Below, piece by piece: positions 8,801-19,400 of a stretch of DNA of 64,000 bases. Numbering within the stretch: the first letter of the stretch is position 1; the number at the start of each line of letters is the position of its first letter. This DNA comes from a virus (lineage: Duplodnaviria > Caudoviricetes). The notes under the pieces are model-generated. The model was not told the DNA's origin. It did not search any database and was given only the letters and a program-made list of their open reading frames with translations. A program made the translations under genes and the position numbers. The stretch lies in IMG/VR virus record IMGVR_UViG_3300043468_001158, one strand, 5' to 3'.

Positions 8801-11649
8801 ACATCAAGTTTGACTATTGAACTTTCTGCATCACATGTTAGACCAACGTAAGTTGTGGTATCAGATTGATTGATGACTAATGCTTCAATAGTTGTTGGGG
8901 TTAATGTTGGACTTGATTGAGTTACAACTCCTTGGAATCCCTTTTGCCAAATGATATTTCCTAAGCTATCGTACTTTACAACAAAAGCTTTATTCTGAAT
9001 AGCATCTCCAACACTGACATTTTTTGCATATCCACCAACAACGATATCATCATTAGTATCAGCATCAATACATGTTGCATGAAACACAACATTAGATTGC
9101 AATACTGTTCCAGCATCAAAAAGAGCATACCAAAATTCAGGTGGAGCACTTTTGCCGATTGCAGTAATAGTTGGAGTTGTTGTGATGAAAGTAGTATCAT
9201 TGATATTATGAGTAATGATTTCACCAGTCTGGTCAACTAAAATGCGGCTTGTCAAATTATTGTATTGACTAACTATTCTGTCTAATGGTTGATTGACCCA
9301 TTCAGTTCCATTCCAAAGTAAAGATTGATTTGCAGTTGGAGTAGTGATAGTTACATCAAGTAAATCATCTAAGTACTGAATACTAGAAGGAATTGACAGA
9401 GTAGCATTAACCCATTGACTTCCGTTATACTGAAGTACTTGAGTATTTGATGGAGATGTTAAAGTAACATCAGATAGTTCATTAAGATTAGTAGCTCCAA
9501 CATTATCAACAATGTTTGACGCAGATGTCACACGACCTTTAGCATCAACGGTAACGGAGTTATAAGTACCTGGTGTCACACCAGAATTTGCAAGAGTGGT
9601 CGTAATAGTTCCTGTTCCTGTTCCAGTAACATCACCTGTCAATGTAGTTGCTGTTGAAGTAGGCACATTAGTTGCAGCTGTCACACGACCTTTAGCATCA
9701 ACAGTCACTGAGTTATAAGTACCAGCTACAACACCAGTATGACTTAGCGCGGTTGAAATGATACCACGACCACTTGCAAGAACATCACCAGTTAATGTAG
9801 TGTCGTTATCGTAATCAACATTAGATGCACCAACTATTCGACCTTCTGCATTGACAGTAAAGTTATTCCATGTTCCAGGTGTTACACCTGTTGGAGTAAG
9901 TGAAGTATTGATGAGATTTGAACCACTTCCAGTAATTACTCCGGTCAAGGTAACAGTTGTCAAGTAAGGCTCATTTGTTCCGTTTGTCACACGACCTTTA
10001 GCATCTACGGTTACGTTGTTATAAGTACCTTGAGTAACTCCAGTGTTACTTAGCGTTGTTGCAATAGTTGCACTACCACTTCCAGTAACATCGCCTGTCA
10101 GTGTTGAAGAGAGGTCAATCACATCAAAAGTTGCAGCTGTCACACGACCTTTAGCATCTACAGTCACTCGGTTATAGTTACCTGGTGCTACTCCAGTGTT
10201 ACTTAGTTGAAAAACGACATCACCTGGATTGGTAATAGTTCCTAATCCATAATTAGTTCCTAAGAAGTCGGAACCGAAGTTCAATAACTTTGTATTCCAT
10301 GCAGTAACGTCAAGAGACGCGCCATTGACAAAATCTACAAGAAGAGGTGCAACATTTTGGTCTGGGACGAATGAACCACTAATGACACGACCTTTAGCAT
10401 CAACAGTCACTGAGTTATAAGTACCCGGTGTTGTAACATTAGTAAGAGTAACAGGTATTGAAGTTGAACCACTTCCGGTTGCATCACCGCTAAGAGTAAT
10501 CACTTCATTATGAAGCAAGTAAGGCTCAACTGTGCCTGAAGTAGTTCTACCTTTAGCATCTACAGTAACATTGTTATAAGTACCTGGGGTAACACCGGAA
10601 TTTGCAAGAGTGGTGTTGATTGCAGATGAAGATAATCCAGCACCTGATACATCACCCGCTAAAGTAATACCGACAACTGCTTGTATCTGTCCAATACCAC
10701 CTCTCCATTGAATATCAACAAAGATTGAAGTTTTGTCATAGACATAACCAACAACATACTTATCTTGTAATGAAGGTTCTACTAATGAAAGTTCCCCATT
10801 TACGCCAATGTAAAGAGGATGATTGACTTGAGATGGAGCAAAGTTCCACTGTTCATTTCGAACAAGACCGTTAGCAACAACATTACCGATTTGACCAGGG
10901 AAGTATTCATTGGTCATAATACCGTTAATGATTTCTTCCGGTCTATTGCTTGATGCAAGTTTGACTTTGCCAGGAATTTCATATGTTACGAAAGAAAATG
11001 CAGGGATGAACTCGACAGCTTCGCCAAATAGTTGCATTGCTTCAATCTTAAGATTTTCACCTGAAGTATGAGAAGCGATTAAGTTGCTTTCAGATGTAAT
11101 GAATGTGCCATCGCTATCACGCACAGGTTGGGCTGAAGACCCTAAAATGATGCTACCTGCTTTACATGCAACATTCAATCCTGCTTGAGAACCACGAGGT
11201 GACGGGATGACTATTGCGTTATTTGAGTATGTTCCCGCAAAAAGACGAAGCTTTGGTATCCACTTAGCCCCACTCCAAACTTTCATTTGGTTGATGTTAG
11301 TATCATACCAGTGTTGGTCGTTTTGCGGAGATGCTGGTTCATTAGGACCAGCATATGGAGAAACTGAAGTAAAGCCACGAGATAAGGTTGCATTGAGAAG
11401 TGAAATGTCCCAGTAAAGATACTGGGTTTCACCATGAGCCGCCATAGGGCCCCAAGCATGAGTGACAGTTCTTGGTTCAGTTACAAGATAGTCAGCATTG
11501 ACACCATGAGCAATAGCAAAGATAAGAGTATCTTCATCACATACTAAGTCAATGAATTCGTCATTAGAACCAGACTTACGTAAGAAAGTTGCAGTACCAG
11601 ATGTATCGATTTGATGACGTATGATGCCATGTCTAAAAGTTAGTTCCAT
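5815..11649 (-). CDS. Long mosaic tail fibre protein (1944 aa)
   Basis: 7 repeats of G(T/N)(Y/W)NxVTVDAKGR, 5 repeats of LxxLxDV...WxN, a central beta-propeller-like region (VKYDSLGNIIWQK, VKFNSSLVLEWQKTFG) and a duplicated segment of about 105 aa near the C-terminus. Confidence 0.85.
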   Translation of the reverse strand: MELTFRHGIIRHQIDTSGTATFLRKSGSNDEFIDLVCDEDTLIFAIAHGVNADYLVTEPRTVTHAWGPMAAHGETQYLYWDISLLNATLSRGFTSVSPYAGPNEPASPQNDQHWYDTNINQMKVWSGAKWIPKLRLFAGTYSNNAIVIPSPRGSQAGLNVACKAGSIILGSSAQPVRDSDGTFITSESNLIASHTSGENLKIEAMQLFGEAVEFIPAFSFVTYEIPGKVKLASSNRPEEIINGIMTNEYFPGQIGNVVANGLVRNEQWNFAPSQVNHPLYIGVNGELSLVEPSLQDKYVVGYVYDKTSIFVDIQWRGGIGQIQAVVGITLAGDVSGAGLSSSAINTTLANSGVTPGTYNNVTVDAKGRTTSGTVEPYLLHNEVITLSGDATGSGSTSIPVTLTNVTTPGTYNSVTVDAKGRVISGSFVPDQNVAPLLVDFVNGASLDVTAWNTKLLNFGSDFLGTNYGLGTITNPGDVVFQLSNTGVAPGNYNRVTVDAKGRVTAATFDVIDLSSTLTGDVTGSGSATIATTLSNTGVTQGTYNNVTVDAKGRVTNGTNEPYLTTVTLTGVITGSGSNLINTSLTPTGVTPGTWNNFTVNAEGRIVGASNVDYDNDTTLTGDVLASGRGIISTALSHTGVVAGTYNSVTVDAKGRVTAATNVPTSTATTLTGDVTGTGTGTITTTLANSGVTPGTYNSVTVDAKGRVTSASNIVDNVGATNLNELSDVTLTSPSNTQVLQYNGSQWVNATLSIPSSIQYLDDLLDVTITTPTANQSLLWNGTEWVNQPLDRIVSQYNNLTSRILVDQTGEIITHNINDTTFITTTPTITAIGKSAPPEFWYALFDAGTVLQSNVVFHATCIDADTNDDIVVGGYAKNVSVGDAIQNKAFVVKYDSLGNIIWQKGFQGVVTQSSPTLTPTTIEALVINQSDTTTYVGLTCDAESSIVKLDVLGNIVWQTKFDTYYGTISDMVVRANDSSLYVSGYQDSDGRGYIGKINMTTGAVDFFYELQRFRTYALELSSSGNELFVGGDLFDSPLDDNFANIFKFNVTGNSFTFVSNVTVNLTGGKRYVELKRSGTSIYALGTQPASWTMGDYSIIKYNEATLAVEASKQFYDAFFVRFVNGVGMSLDINGNVYVLGYEGDQYAPANNQLSLVKFNSSLVLEWQKTFGHPTFGDRHYNLNGIVTNGNAVYITGSTFDMYASSGLILKYPQDGSITGTFGTHVIANDSKFEGTPMHTVQSIVPSAITSLTPSTTSSVISIAQSNVSHLSFISISGGVDYYIDLIGQLQINGSPGHAGEVLTSNGATALPSWNTLAIPSTLDNLSDVSINSTFPLMASDVLTYHLGEWKNSQLPIASYMTTGVVKIGSGLSIDGSGLLSATASATNLDGLSDVVITSPTTNQLLQYNGTSWVNTSVGISSTNLDGLSDVVITSPVTNQLLQYNGTSWVNTSGGITLSQYSTDANFASITTQKARGTSTTPTAILSGDRIFGLYSKGYHSGAAFSPNSAAIQFIASENYTSTAQGNYISFETTKNTTNVRLEQIRITDQGHLQFVQSGQRIWGDFGNATHANRPSFQSNVTNNNTMIPILPNGTSTTAGIFAANSSNVTNSAFAQLVVTSTYAGLASGALGTGTFLPISFLTNNIEQVKITTQGNLQFVQLGQKILGEFGNANHALRPTFQSSVTNTNTVIPIMPNGTSQQAGIIAFNNSNIVNASNIQIYTTDVDTRISSGAFGTGTYLPLSIYTNNTEQVRILETAYSVNYLTLQGNIATNPVQIGANGTDTNITIKIAPKGTGEVQFAANNLAHNNGNFSTYGDAISRDYVLRNSTTTATQTELFLNGSSTRMVLANDSTWKFQVQVVARRTDVNDESASFTLDGCIDRNASAATTALVGTVTLSNVIKDSPAWDVTAYADTTNGALRILVSGEAGKTIRWVAFVKTIEVIG
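7296..7499. repeat. Near-identical tandem duplication (about 96 bp, period 108 bp) in the fibre gene
   Basis: cacttgtattcaccc...taaatttgttg at 7296-7391 and 7404-7499; encodes TNLDGLSDVVITSP(T/V)TNQLLQYNGTSWVNTS twice. Confidence 0.9.
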
Positions 11650-11714
11650 AATGATGAATACCTGTATCGTAATGTATGTAAAGAGTGATACAGGTATTTA
11701 TCTAAACTAGGCTT

Positions 11715-12305
11715 CTATGAAACACTAATCGTTAAAGTATAACGAAGTCTTAAGTTACGATTTTGAGTTTTTGCAATTGGATGAAAGACAATGTGTGTTA
11801 GTAAGTACGGATGATTGACATCATCACTTTCTGCGAATAAGCCAAGTTCATCAAATTCGAACGCATATCCACCAGGTTCGTTGATATTACCAGCACCATC
11901 CGCATCAGTAAGCCATTGGCCACTACCCGGTTCATCGGGTGCAATCGTAAAGATGACTTCAACTAATGAAGTTACATCAGTCGTAGAAGCCATAGCAGTT
12001 ACTGAATTACCGGCTGCATCAGCAAATTCTGAATAGGTTTCATTGTATAGTTTTGCAGTAGTGCCAATAGTATTCGGAATGTTGAAGTGTAATGCTCCAG
12101 TGCTATCAACATAGCTTCCACCATTACCAACTGCTACTTTCCAAATGTGACTTTTGTTCTGGTTAGCAAGTCCTCTTGCAATGATATAGGCCATGTTCTC
12201 TGGATGAACTGCATTACAATCATCTAAGAAGATTTCACCAGTATTGGTATCTTCGATAATAACTCGTGAAGCAAACTTAACAGCTGCTTTATCTTGTGTT
12301 TGCAT
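11715..12305 (-). CDS. Putative baseplate/fibre-attachment structural protein (196 aa)
   Basis: Position in the late structural operon; FEFDELGLF...THIVFHPIAK...LRYTL pattern is typical of phage structural proteins. GATAAATA at 11695-11702 and ACTAAATA at 12339-12346 flank it. Confidence 0.6.
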   Translation of the reverse strand: MQTQDKAAVKFASRVIIEDTNTGEIFLDDCNAVHPENMAYIIARGLANQNKSHIWKVAVGNGGSYVDSTGALHFNIPNTIGTTAKLYNETYSEFADAAGNSVTAMASTTDVTSLVEVIFTIAPDEPGSGQWLTDADGAGNINEPGGYAFEFDELGLFAESDDVNHPYLLTHIVFHPIAKTQNRNLRLRYTLTISVS

Positions 12306-12341
12306 AGTATGTATAACTCCGTGTGTAAATGTTTGTTGTAT

Positions 12342-15300
12342 TTAGTAAGATACTAATTGCAAGGGTTGAGGTCTATGAATGGTAATTGCTTTATACGATG
12401 GCTGTCCAGGAATACTACTTGTAGTATAATCCAGACCTTCTTGTAATAAGTATCCTCTAACTCCAATTCCAGGAACTGACGGCGCATTAGTATAAAGTTC
12501 AATAACATTAGTCGCATCTTCTAACTGAAGTAACAATTCTGCAACAGGATGTTCTATTCTAGTGTCAGTGTAAGTATCATGTAATTGTAATAAGATGTCT
12601 AATACTCTAATATTAGATGGGTCTGGTAAATCTTCATCATATCCACCAAGTAAGTATGGAAGACCAGTTTCTAAATTGATTGCAAAATCAACCATATCAT
12701 ATCCATACATATCATATCCATGATAAGCAAGTATTTCATAATCAGACCTTGCATCTAACGAGAAGTCATCAAATTTTGTATCTGCCCAGTTATCACCATC
12801 ATCAGTTCCGGGAACTCCGGTATCCGGTAAATTGACGTTGATTGACTCTACCTCAATGTTAAGCATTTCAAGTTGCTCATACATCTTCACACGTACTAAG
12901 TCATTGTATTCATCAGCTTGTTCTACACGAATAGTTAGTTCAGTGTTTAGCTTCAAGTAATTAGAAGCAAAATGTGGAGTAACATCAAGCACTTGTCTAA
13001 AGACGTTATCAACTGGGTCAGCCATCCAAGTAATCGTTCCAACTTTGTTATGCTTTGCTTCTGATTGATAAGCAACATTACTTAAGAAGACATCATAGAT
13101 GTAAGCTCGGTCCGGAATGTTTGGCGACTGCTTATGTGGCTTATTAGGAAACGCACCGTCATTTGCTGTTCCGTAACCTGTAGTGTCATAAGGTTCAAAC
13201 TCAAAGATAGCATCATATGGTCCGTTACCTTGAGGGTCAACATTGATTTCGTTGAAGCTATTGAAGATAACTTGACCATTTTGAATAAGTGTTGTTGCAG
13301 GACTTGTATAGTTCAGTGGAGTAAGTGTATGTCCAAAGACGTCATACCCAAGTCTAAGGATATGTCCATCATATCCTTTGCCAACATTATAGTCATCCGA
13401 TGCGACAAGATATGTTGGGATAAGTTCTGAATAGCTTCCAAGTTCAGGATGATTAGTTCTAAGTTCTAATGTCAAGTTATCTTCACGATAAGTATTGACA
13501 CGTAATGTATTGATTGGACCTACTTGATGTGGAAGAAGTAAGACATCTTGCGAATGACACATTTTGAACTTATTAGCAATAATGCTAATAGAGAACTCAA
13601 AGTCACTTGCATATGATCCAGGTTCAATTGTAAAGTTGAACATATTACTTCTTTCGGCGCCACGTTCAGCACATTCGGCAAATACTACTTCATACGGGTC
13701 ACTACCTCCTACAATGGCTGATTGAAGTTGTCCTCTTGAACTTGAATAGACTAAGAACTGGTCGTACTCATCTATAAGAGGGCATTGGTCAATTTCTGGA
13801 TGAAACTTCAAGTCTAATCGTTCATCATCTGCATCAAGTCGTGGAGGTTCATTGAAAGTAATGACATTACCATTTGAAAGAGTTATAGCTCCAGCACCTG
13901 TAAGAGCAACTCCTTGTAAAGTATTCCCTTCATGAACTTGATACTTCGGTAAGTCAAGTTGAAAACCTATCTTCCCATTCCAGTAATATTGTCCAACCAC
14001 TGCAGGTTTAGTATAACCTGTGACTGAACCATGTACTAAGTAGTTAGGTCTTTCAGCAAGTATCTCAAAGTGAAAAGTATCTCCGTCAAGTAAGTCTAAT
14101 GCTGCTATACTTCTTTCAGTATAACCTAGCATATAGTTACGAGGATCTTCAAGCATCTTGGATATATCAAAGACTTCTGATGAACTGACAAGTCTGAACC
14201 TTACCAAACCATTATCATACTCATGTCCAAGGAATGCATTAGGATGCTCACCTGTTACTGAACCATCTACATAGAAGCACTTTTCGGATGCACTGAACGT
14301 AAGCTGAATAACTTCTGTCACTGCATTTGAGTATGCTTGTCCAAGAGGCAATAACTTGAGTGTTTCGCGACCTGGGTGGAATTCAGTGATGGTTCCAAAG
14401 TATGGAACATTAGTTAGACCATTATCATATGGGTTATAGATTGGTGAGCTATAGTCATCAGTATCATATCCAAAGGCAAAGTATGCATAATCTCCTACAT
14501 GCAATTGTCTTATAGAAGAAGTAATCGTAAACTCAAATAAGTCATCAGTTCCATTATTGATAGTGAAAGATGAACCTGTTCCACTAAAAGGTGGTTGATT
14601 GGTTGCTAAGTCGGTAATCAAATAAGTATCAGGTAATGATACAAGCTCTATCTTATAACGATGACGTAAGTAGTCAAATTCAGGTAAAGTAATGTCAAAC
14701 CCGTTCGGGTCAAGGGGATTAGGGATATCTTTTAGTGCTCGTATTTGAACAAGTGGTAATCCAACATATTCATGAACTAATTGACGGTAAGAAATCGGAT
14801 TGACTTTGATAAGTGTCCAGATTTCTTCCGGTGCATTAGGATGAATAGTAAAGCCTTCTTCTCGAAGTTCAATGTATGCTTCTAATCCACTTCCACCAGT
14901 AATATCGAATGAGATATGTTCATTCTCAAACCTATCAATCACATGACTAAACACGATTGGGGTCAAGTCATCATGAACGGGTTCATTAAGTCGAATATGA
15001 CCCGGTGTGATTGATGTAAAGCCGGTGTTTAGACCATCGACTAATACTGATGACGGGTCATGAGCAATATAGAAGTCTTGTTGTTCAATAGTAGGAGTAA
15101 CAACAATTGAGCCAGTCGTTACAAGTTTTGCATATCCTAATAGTCCTTCATTTCTGCTAGTTACTTTATATGAATTGTTATATCCGTAAGATACATAGCC
15201 TTTATAAGCTGACGGGAAAGTCAACGTCATTGCAACTGGAGATACAACAAAGTCAGGAGAATAGTCTTGAACATAAGAACCTATACCGTCATCGACATAT

Positions 15301-16454
15301 ATTGCAAAGAATGACAAGTCCGTTCCACTAAAGTTTCCAGGAATAGTCCAAGTAGTTGCAAGAGTTGATTGAGTAAATCCAAATGGCAAATTAGGTAAAA
15401 AGACTTTACCAACTTGTGGCATGCTAAACTGAAGTTCTACAGTATCTGCATCAAGAACTTTAGTTTCAACTGGAATAAGATACTCATAAGTAGATGGAGC
15501 AACTTCAATTAGTGGTTGAGCAAATACATTTAGACTATTATGGTTATGAGTAATAGTCCAGGTTGTTGATGGTACTGATTGAACAAATACTTGGTCAGGA
15601 ATAGTTTCATATACCACTACTTTACCAGTATGTGGCACCCCTAAAGTAATTTCAATAGTATTGTTATCAATAACAACAACTTGCATTGCAAGAATAGCTT
15701 CATATACTCCAGGAATATTCGATTCAATGTATGCTTGCCACATAATATTAGTTGAATCAAAGTTGTGATGAACCGTCCAAACATTCGATGCAATTGGAAA
15801 ATCAAATTGAACAATAGGATTTCGTTCAATAGTCCATTTATCAAATGATAATGAAGTATCTTTGAAGAAGATATTCGAAACATTGATTGGATTGAGCGGG
15901 TCTTTTTGAACGAGTAACAAACCTTCCCAAGTCTGAATTGGGGATTGAAAATCGCGATGAGGTTCTTGCCATTTACGAACAGCAGAACTAGGTTCATTCA
16001 GCTTGACAGACAACATACCCTTACTTACATAGTAGTCAAGTCCTTCAGCTAAACTTTCAGTTCCATTGACTATAACTGACTCGATACCTCTAGATGCTCG
16101 TAATTGATATGCGTTATCAATCCCGTAACTTGTTAGAAGATAGTTCGCTTTGCCAAAGTTTGAAGCTGTACTAAGAGTACTATCATAGTAATGTTGGTTA
16201 GACTCTAATGAATAACGCGGAAGATTGTAAGAAGGTGTCAAGAACCTACTACGTTGTCCATCATTGAAATACGACTTCTCCCATACTGAACTAAGTTCAA
16301 TGTCAATGAATATGTTATCTTTGATATTGACATTGAACGAGTCATAGAAGTCATACTGCTCTATGATTTCACTGATTTTGCAATGATAAGGTTTAGTATC
16401 AAGAACGTAATCAACTAAACCCTGAACATATTGTGATTTATTAGAAATAGACAT
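12342..16454 (-). CDS. Large virion structural protein (1370 aa), baseplate-associated
   Basis: Repeated WxIxHN-type modules, GS-x-x-G beta modules and multiple GYD motifs; overlaps the stop of the 3059 aa gene. Confidence 0.65.
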   Translation of the reverse strand: MSISNKSQYVQGLVDYVLDTKPYHCKISEIIEQYDFYDSFNVNIKDNIFIDIELSSVWEKSYFNDGQRSRFLTPSYNLPRYSLESNQHYYDSTLSTASNFGKANYLLTSYGIDNAYQLRASRGIESVIVNGTESLAEGLDYYVSKGMLSVKLNEPSSAVRKWQEPHRDFQSPIQTWEGLLLVQKDPLNPINVSNIFFKDTSLSFDKWTIERNPIVQFDFPIASNVWTVHHNFDSTNIMWQAYIESNIPGVYEAILAMQVVVIDNNTIEITLGVPHTGKVVVYETIPDQVFVQSVPSTTWTITHNHNSLNVFAQPLIEVAPSTYEYLIPVETKVLDADTVELQFSMPQVGKVFLPNLPFGFTQSTLATTWTIPGNFSGTDLSFFAIYVDDGIGSYVQDYSPDFVVSPVAMTLTFPSAYKGYVSYGYNNSYKVTSRNEGLLGYAKLVTTGSIVVTPTIEQQDFYIAHDPSSVLVDGLNTGFTSITPGHIRLNEPVHDDLTPIVFSHVIDRFENEHISFDITGGSGLEAYIELREEGFTIHPNAPEEIWTLIKVNPISYRQLVHEYVGLPLVQIRALKDIPNPLDPNGFDITLPEFDYLRHRYKIELVSLPDTYLITDLATNQPPFSGTGSSFTINNGTDDLFEFTITSSIRQLHVGDYAYFAFGYDTDDYSSPIYNPYDNGLTNVPYFGTITEFHPGRETLKLLPLGQAYSNAVTEVIQLTFSASEKCFYVDGSVTGEHPNAFLGHEYDNGLVRFRLVSSSEVFDISKMLEDPRNYMLGYTERSIAALDLLDGDTFHFEILAERPNYLVHGSVTGYTKPAVVGQYYWNGKIGFQLDLPKYQVHEGNTLQGVALTGAGAITLSNGNVITFNEPPRLDADDERLDLKFHPEIDQCPLIDEYDQFLVYSSSRGQLQSAIVGGSDPYEVVFAECAERGAERSNMFNFTIEPGSYASDFEFSISIIANKFKMCHSQDVLLLPHQVGPINTLRVNTYREDNLTLELRTNHPELGSYSELIPTYLVASDDYNVGKGYDGHILRLGYDVFGHTLTPLNYTSPATTLIQNGQVIFNSFNEINVDPQGNGPYDAIFEFEPYDTTGYGTANDGAFPNKPHKQSPNIPDRAYIYDVFLSNVAYQSEAKHNKVGTITWMADPVDNVFRQVLDVTPHFASNYLKLNTELTIRVEQADEYNDLVRVKMYEQLEMLNIEVESINVNLPDTGVPGTDDGDNWADTKFDDFSLDARSDYEILAYHGYDMYGYDMVDFAINLETGLPYLLGGYDEDLPDPSNIRVLDILLQLHDTYTDTRIEHPVAELLLQLEDATNVIELYTNAPSVPGIGVRGYLLQEGLDYTTSSIPGQPSYKAITIHRPQPLQLVSY

Positions 16455-19400
16455 CTGCGTTGTTTACAATAGTTTCTGGAGTAACGGTGATGATGCTATG
16501 AACTGAAAGTCTTGAAGTTTTGAAGATGTCAGTGAACTCATAGTTATTGGCAAGTGCATCATTTAGCACCTCAAAGAATAGTTCGTTGATATGTTGTGGC
16601 AAAGCATGTCTCCAGATATAGTCTAAAACTTGACGAGTAGAAGCCGGTGTCACGAACCAAGTTGATGATTGTGATAGGTCTAACCCGTTGATAGTTGCTG
16701 TAGTATTTATCCCGTTTAGATAAACTGAAGTTTTAGGATTTAGAATGCTATTAGTTAGTGAAGCAATAATCAATGAACGGTCAGCTAATACTTGGTCATC
16801 TCTAAAACCATAACGAGTTCTTGTACCATGTCTTTCATCATATAAGACTTTGTTCAATGCAGGTATTGCTTGACCTGCCAGGTTAGTACCGGCAGCAGAG
16901 TCAACAAGTTTGTTCCAAAGTGTAAGAGGTATCTTCATATCTTGTTGAGGTCTAATCAATGTCCATTCAGTATGAGAGTTCTTCAAATCAAGGTCTTGTG
17001 GGTTATCACGTAAGCTAAAGTCACGCGTAAAGCGAAGCTTATACGTATTATCCTTATTAACCATCATGTTCAATCCAGCAATCGTAATACCATGATAAGC
17101 GCCATCAAACAACTCTTGGAAAGTTAAGTAAGTAGAAGGTCCTTCACGAAGTAATTGAGCAGATTGCTGACAAGTCAATTGCTTATTACCTACAGGCACT
17201 GTCTTATCTTTTACCCAAAAGTAATAAGTATCGCCAGTGATATTACCAGAACTATCACGTGAAGGACGTATAACATATTGATAGTCTGACTTATATTGAG
17301 TTTGGATACTTGGGTCATCAGATACATCAGGGTCAAAAGCAAGTTCATCAGAAGTTGGTTCATAAGCAGACATAATAGCAACTACTTCATGTCCATGTGG
17401 AATAGCTTGAGTAGTTGAAATCAAAGTCCCGTTAGTTGAATAGAATGTACGAGGTTGGCTAATGCCATTCAAGTATAGACGTAATGTATTGTCCGCTATT
17501 CGGTTAGAAGAAGTAACTTGCAAGTCTAATGTATTACCACTTCCAAACTTACGAATGACTTCTTGTTGCAATAATATCCAATCACCCCAAACAGGATTGA
17601 ACTTTTCAACTGTGGTCCCGTCATTCAATACGAGTGGCTCTTTTTCATATGCAACAATTTCGTCAATCACTTGTCTTACCGAAGGCACTTCAACATAATC
17701 GCCATACACTGGAGTCCAACTATTATGTGGGTATTTGAGGTCGTTATCAAGTATCTCTTGGGTTGGAACATTGTAACCAATCCAACCGTATTCGTCAAGT
17801 ACAGTAGAAGTGCTATTCTCGATGCCAATAGAACCAGTAGATGCATCATACCCAATGACAACCATAGCACCAATAGTGCCAAGTTCATCTATGACTTGTT
17901 GAGCATCTACTCCACTAGCAAAGTAATCAGGATGTACATTCACATTGATAGTAATATGTCCAAGATTGAAGCTAAAAGTTTCTACAAGAGGTTGAATTGC
18001 TAAAGCAACCGAAGTCAAGGTATCAATAGCAAGTGATGATACGACTAATGATGAACCCGACGGTGTCGCTTGTATTAGTTTCAAGTAATAGGTATCATTA
18101 GTTGTATTAAGTTCTCCAGTTACTGAATATGTGCCAACTGAAGCAGTTGGGTTTTTCACAAAAGTGACTTCACTAAATGCATTGATGCCGGTCACTGTCA
18201 ATTTGTTATCATATGACACTGGCAAATTGATAGGTAACACATTGTCCAAAATCGAATGAGGGAACTGAATAAGTACTGTCACTGGAGCAACTTCTTTGAT
18301 TTCCAAGTTGAACAGTCCAACATCAGGAGATAAGACTTGTTGAAGGGCAACACTTATCTCAGCACCTGTCATAGTAGCGACAGCAGTTGTTGCTATCATC
18401 TTGATACCTAATTGAACGAAGTCAATTTCATAAGACCCGCCAACTTGACCACTATAGTCGTATAGTGGTTGGGTAACAGATAGAGACCCACCTGATGCTT
18501 GTTCAATAGCACGAATGTAATAAGTTGAACCAACTTGACTCCATTCAAATTCAATATGACCAATTGCTGCACCTTTGTAGTTCTTGTTATCAGACCAAAC
18601 AAACTGAATAACATCGAAGTAATTCCCGTCACCAGCACTTACGTGCATATCACCAGAATGATAACCATCACTTAATGTAAACGCGATTGGTCCGTTAAGT
18701 ATTGCTTCACCATAAGGTTTGCCACCTAAGAACCCGCTAAAATGCATACCTGGCACTAACCCGTATTGTGCAAAGCGACCTTTCTCTAACGAGACAAACG
18801 TTTCGCCAACACCTGGGCTATTCAATGTCAAACGAGTTGTTCCTGCTTTGAACAATTGAACATCTTGTGCTTCAGGTGGAGTTGGAACATATGACCATGC
18901 AATAGGTCTTGCTTCCCAAGTTCTTGTTCTTTTGTATGATTGCTTACGAGCAGCTTTACCAGTTTTCTTATCTTCAAGTGCAACGTCTGCTGACAATTGG
19001 TCGATTGCAGAACGAGCATCATATTCACTTGGAGCTATTGAAGACTTAACCCATTCGTAGACATTGATTGACGAGTATTCAGCCATGCTACCCCAACGGC
19101 CAAGTCTTTCTTCAAAAGTTGGAAAGATTTGCTTGTCATGGTAAGGCACATATTCAAGTAGTGTTTTGTCCCACCAAGTTCTTCCTACCTCTCTGTCACC
19201 CCATGATTTTTGAGGGTCAAAGTTAGGGTTCTTAACAGTCAAAGTTGAATAGTTGTAGAATGCAGGGTCTTTTTCCGATACAACATTGATGACTTCCATT
19301 GCAATAGCAGTATGATTATCAAATGCTGGATGCCAAGTAGTAATGTCTTCAATCAAAGCTCTATCAACATAGTCAAACAGTTTGATTGGTGAGAACTTTG

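Noticed and set aside
5815-11649. Diversity-generating retroelement acting on the fibre
   Set aside because: No reverse transcriptase is present. The repeats are in-frame coding duplications, not an adenine-specific template/variable pair.
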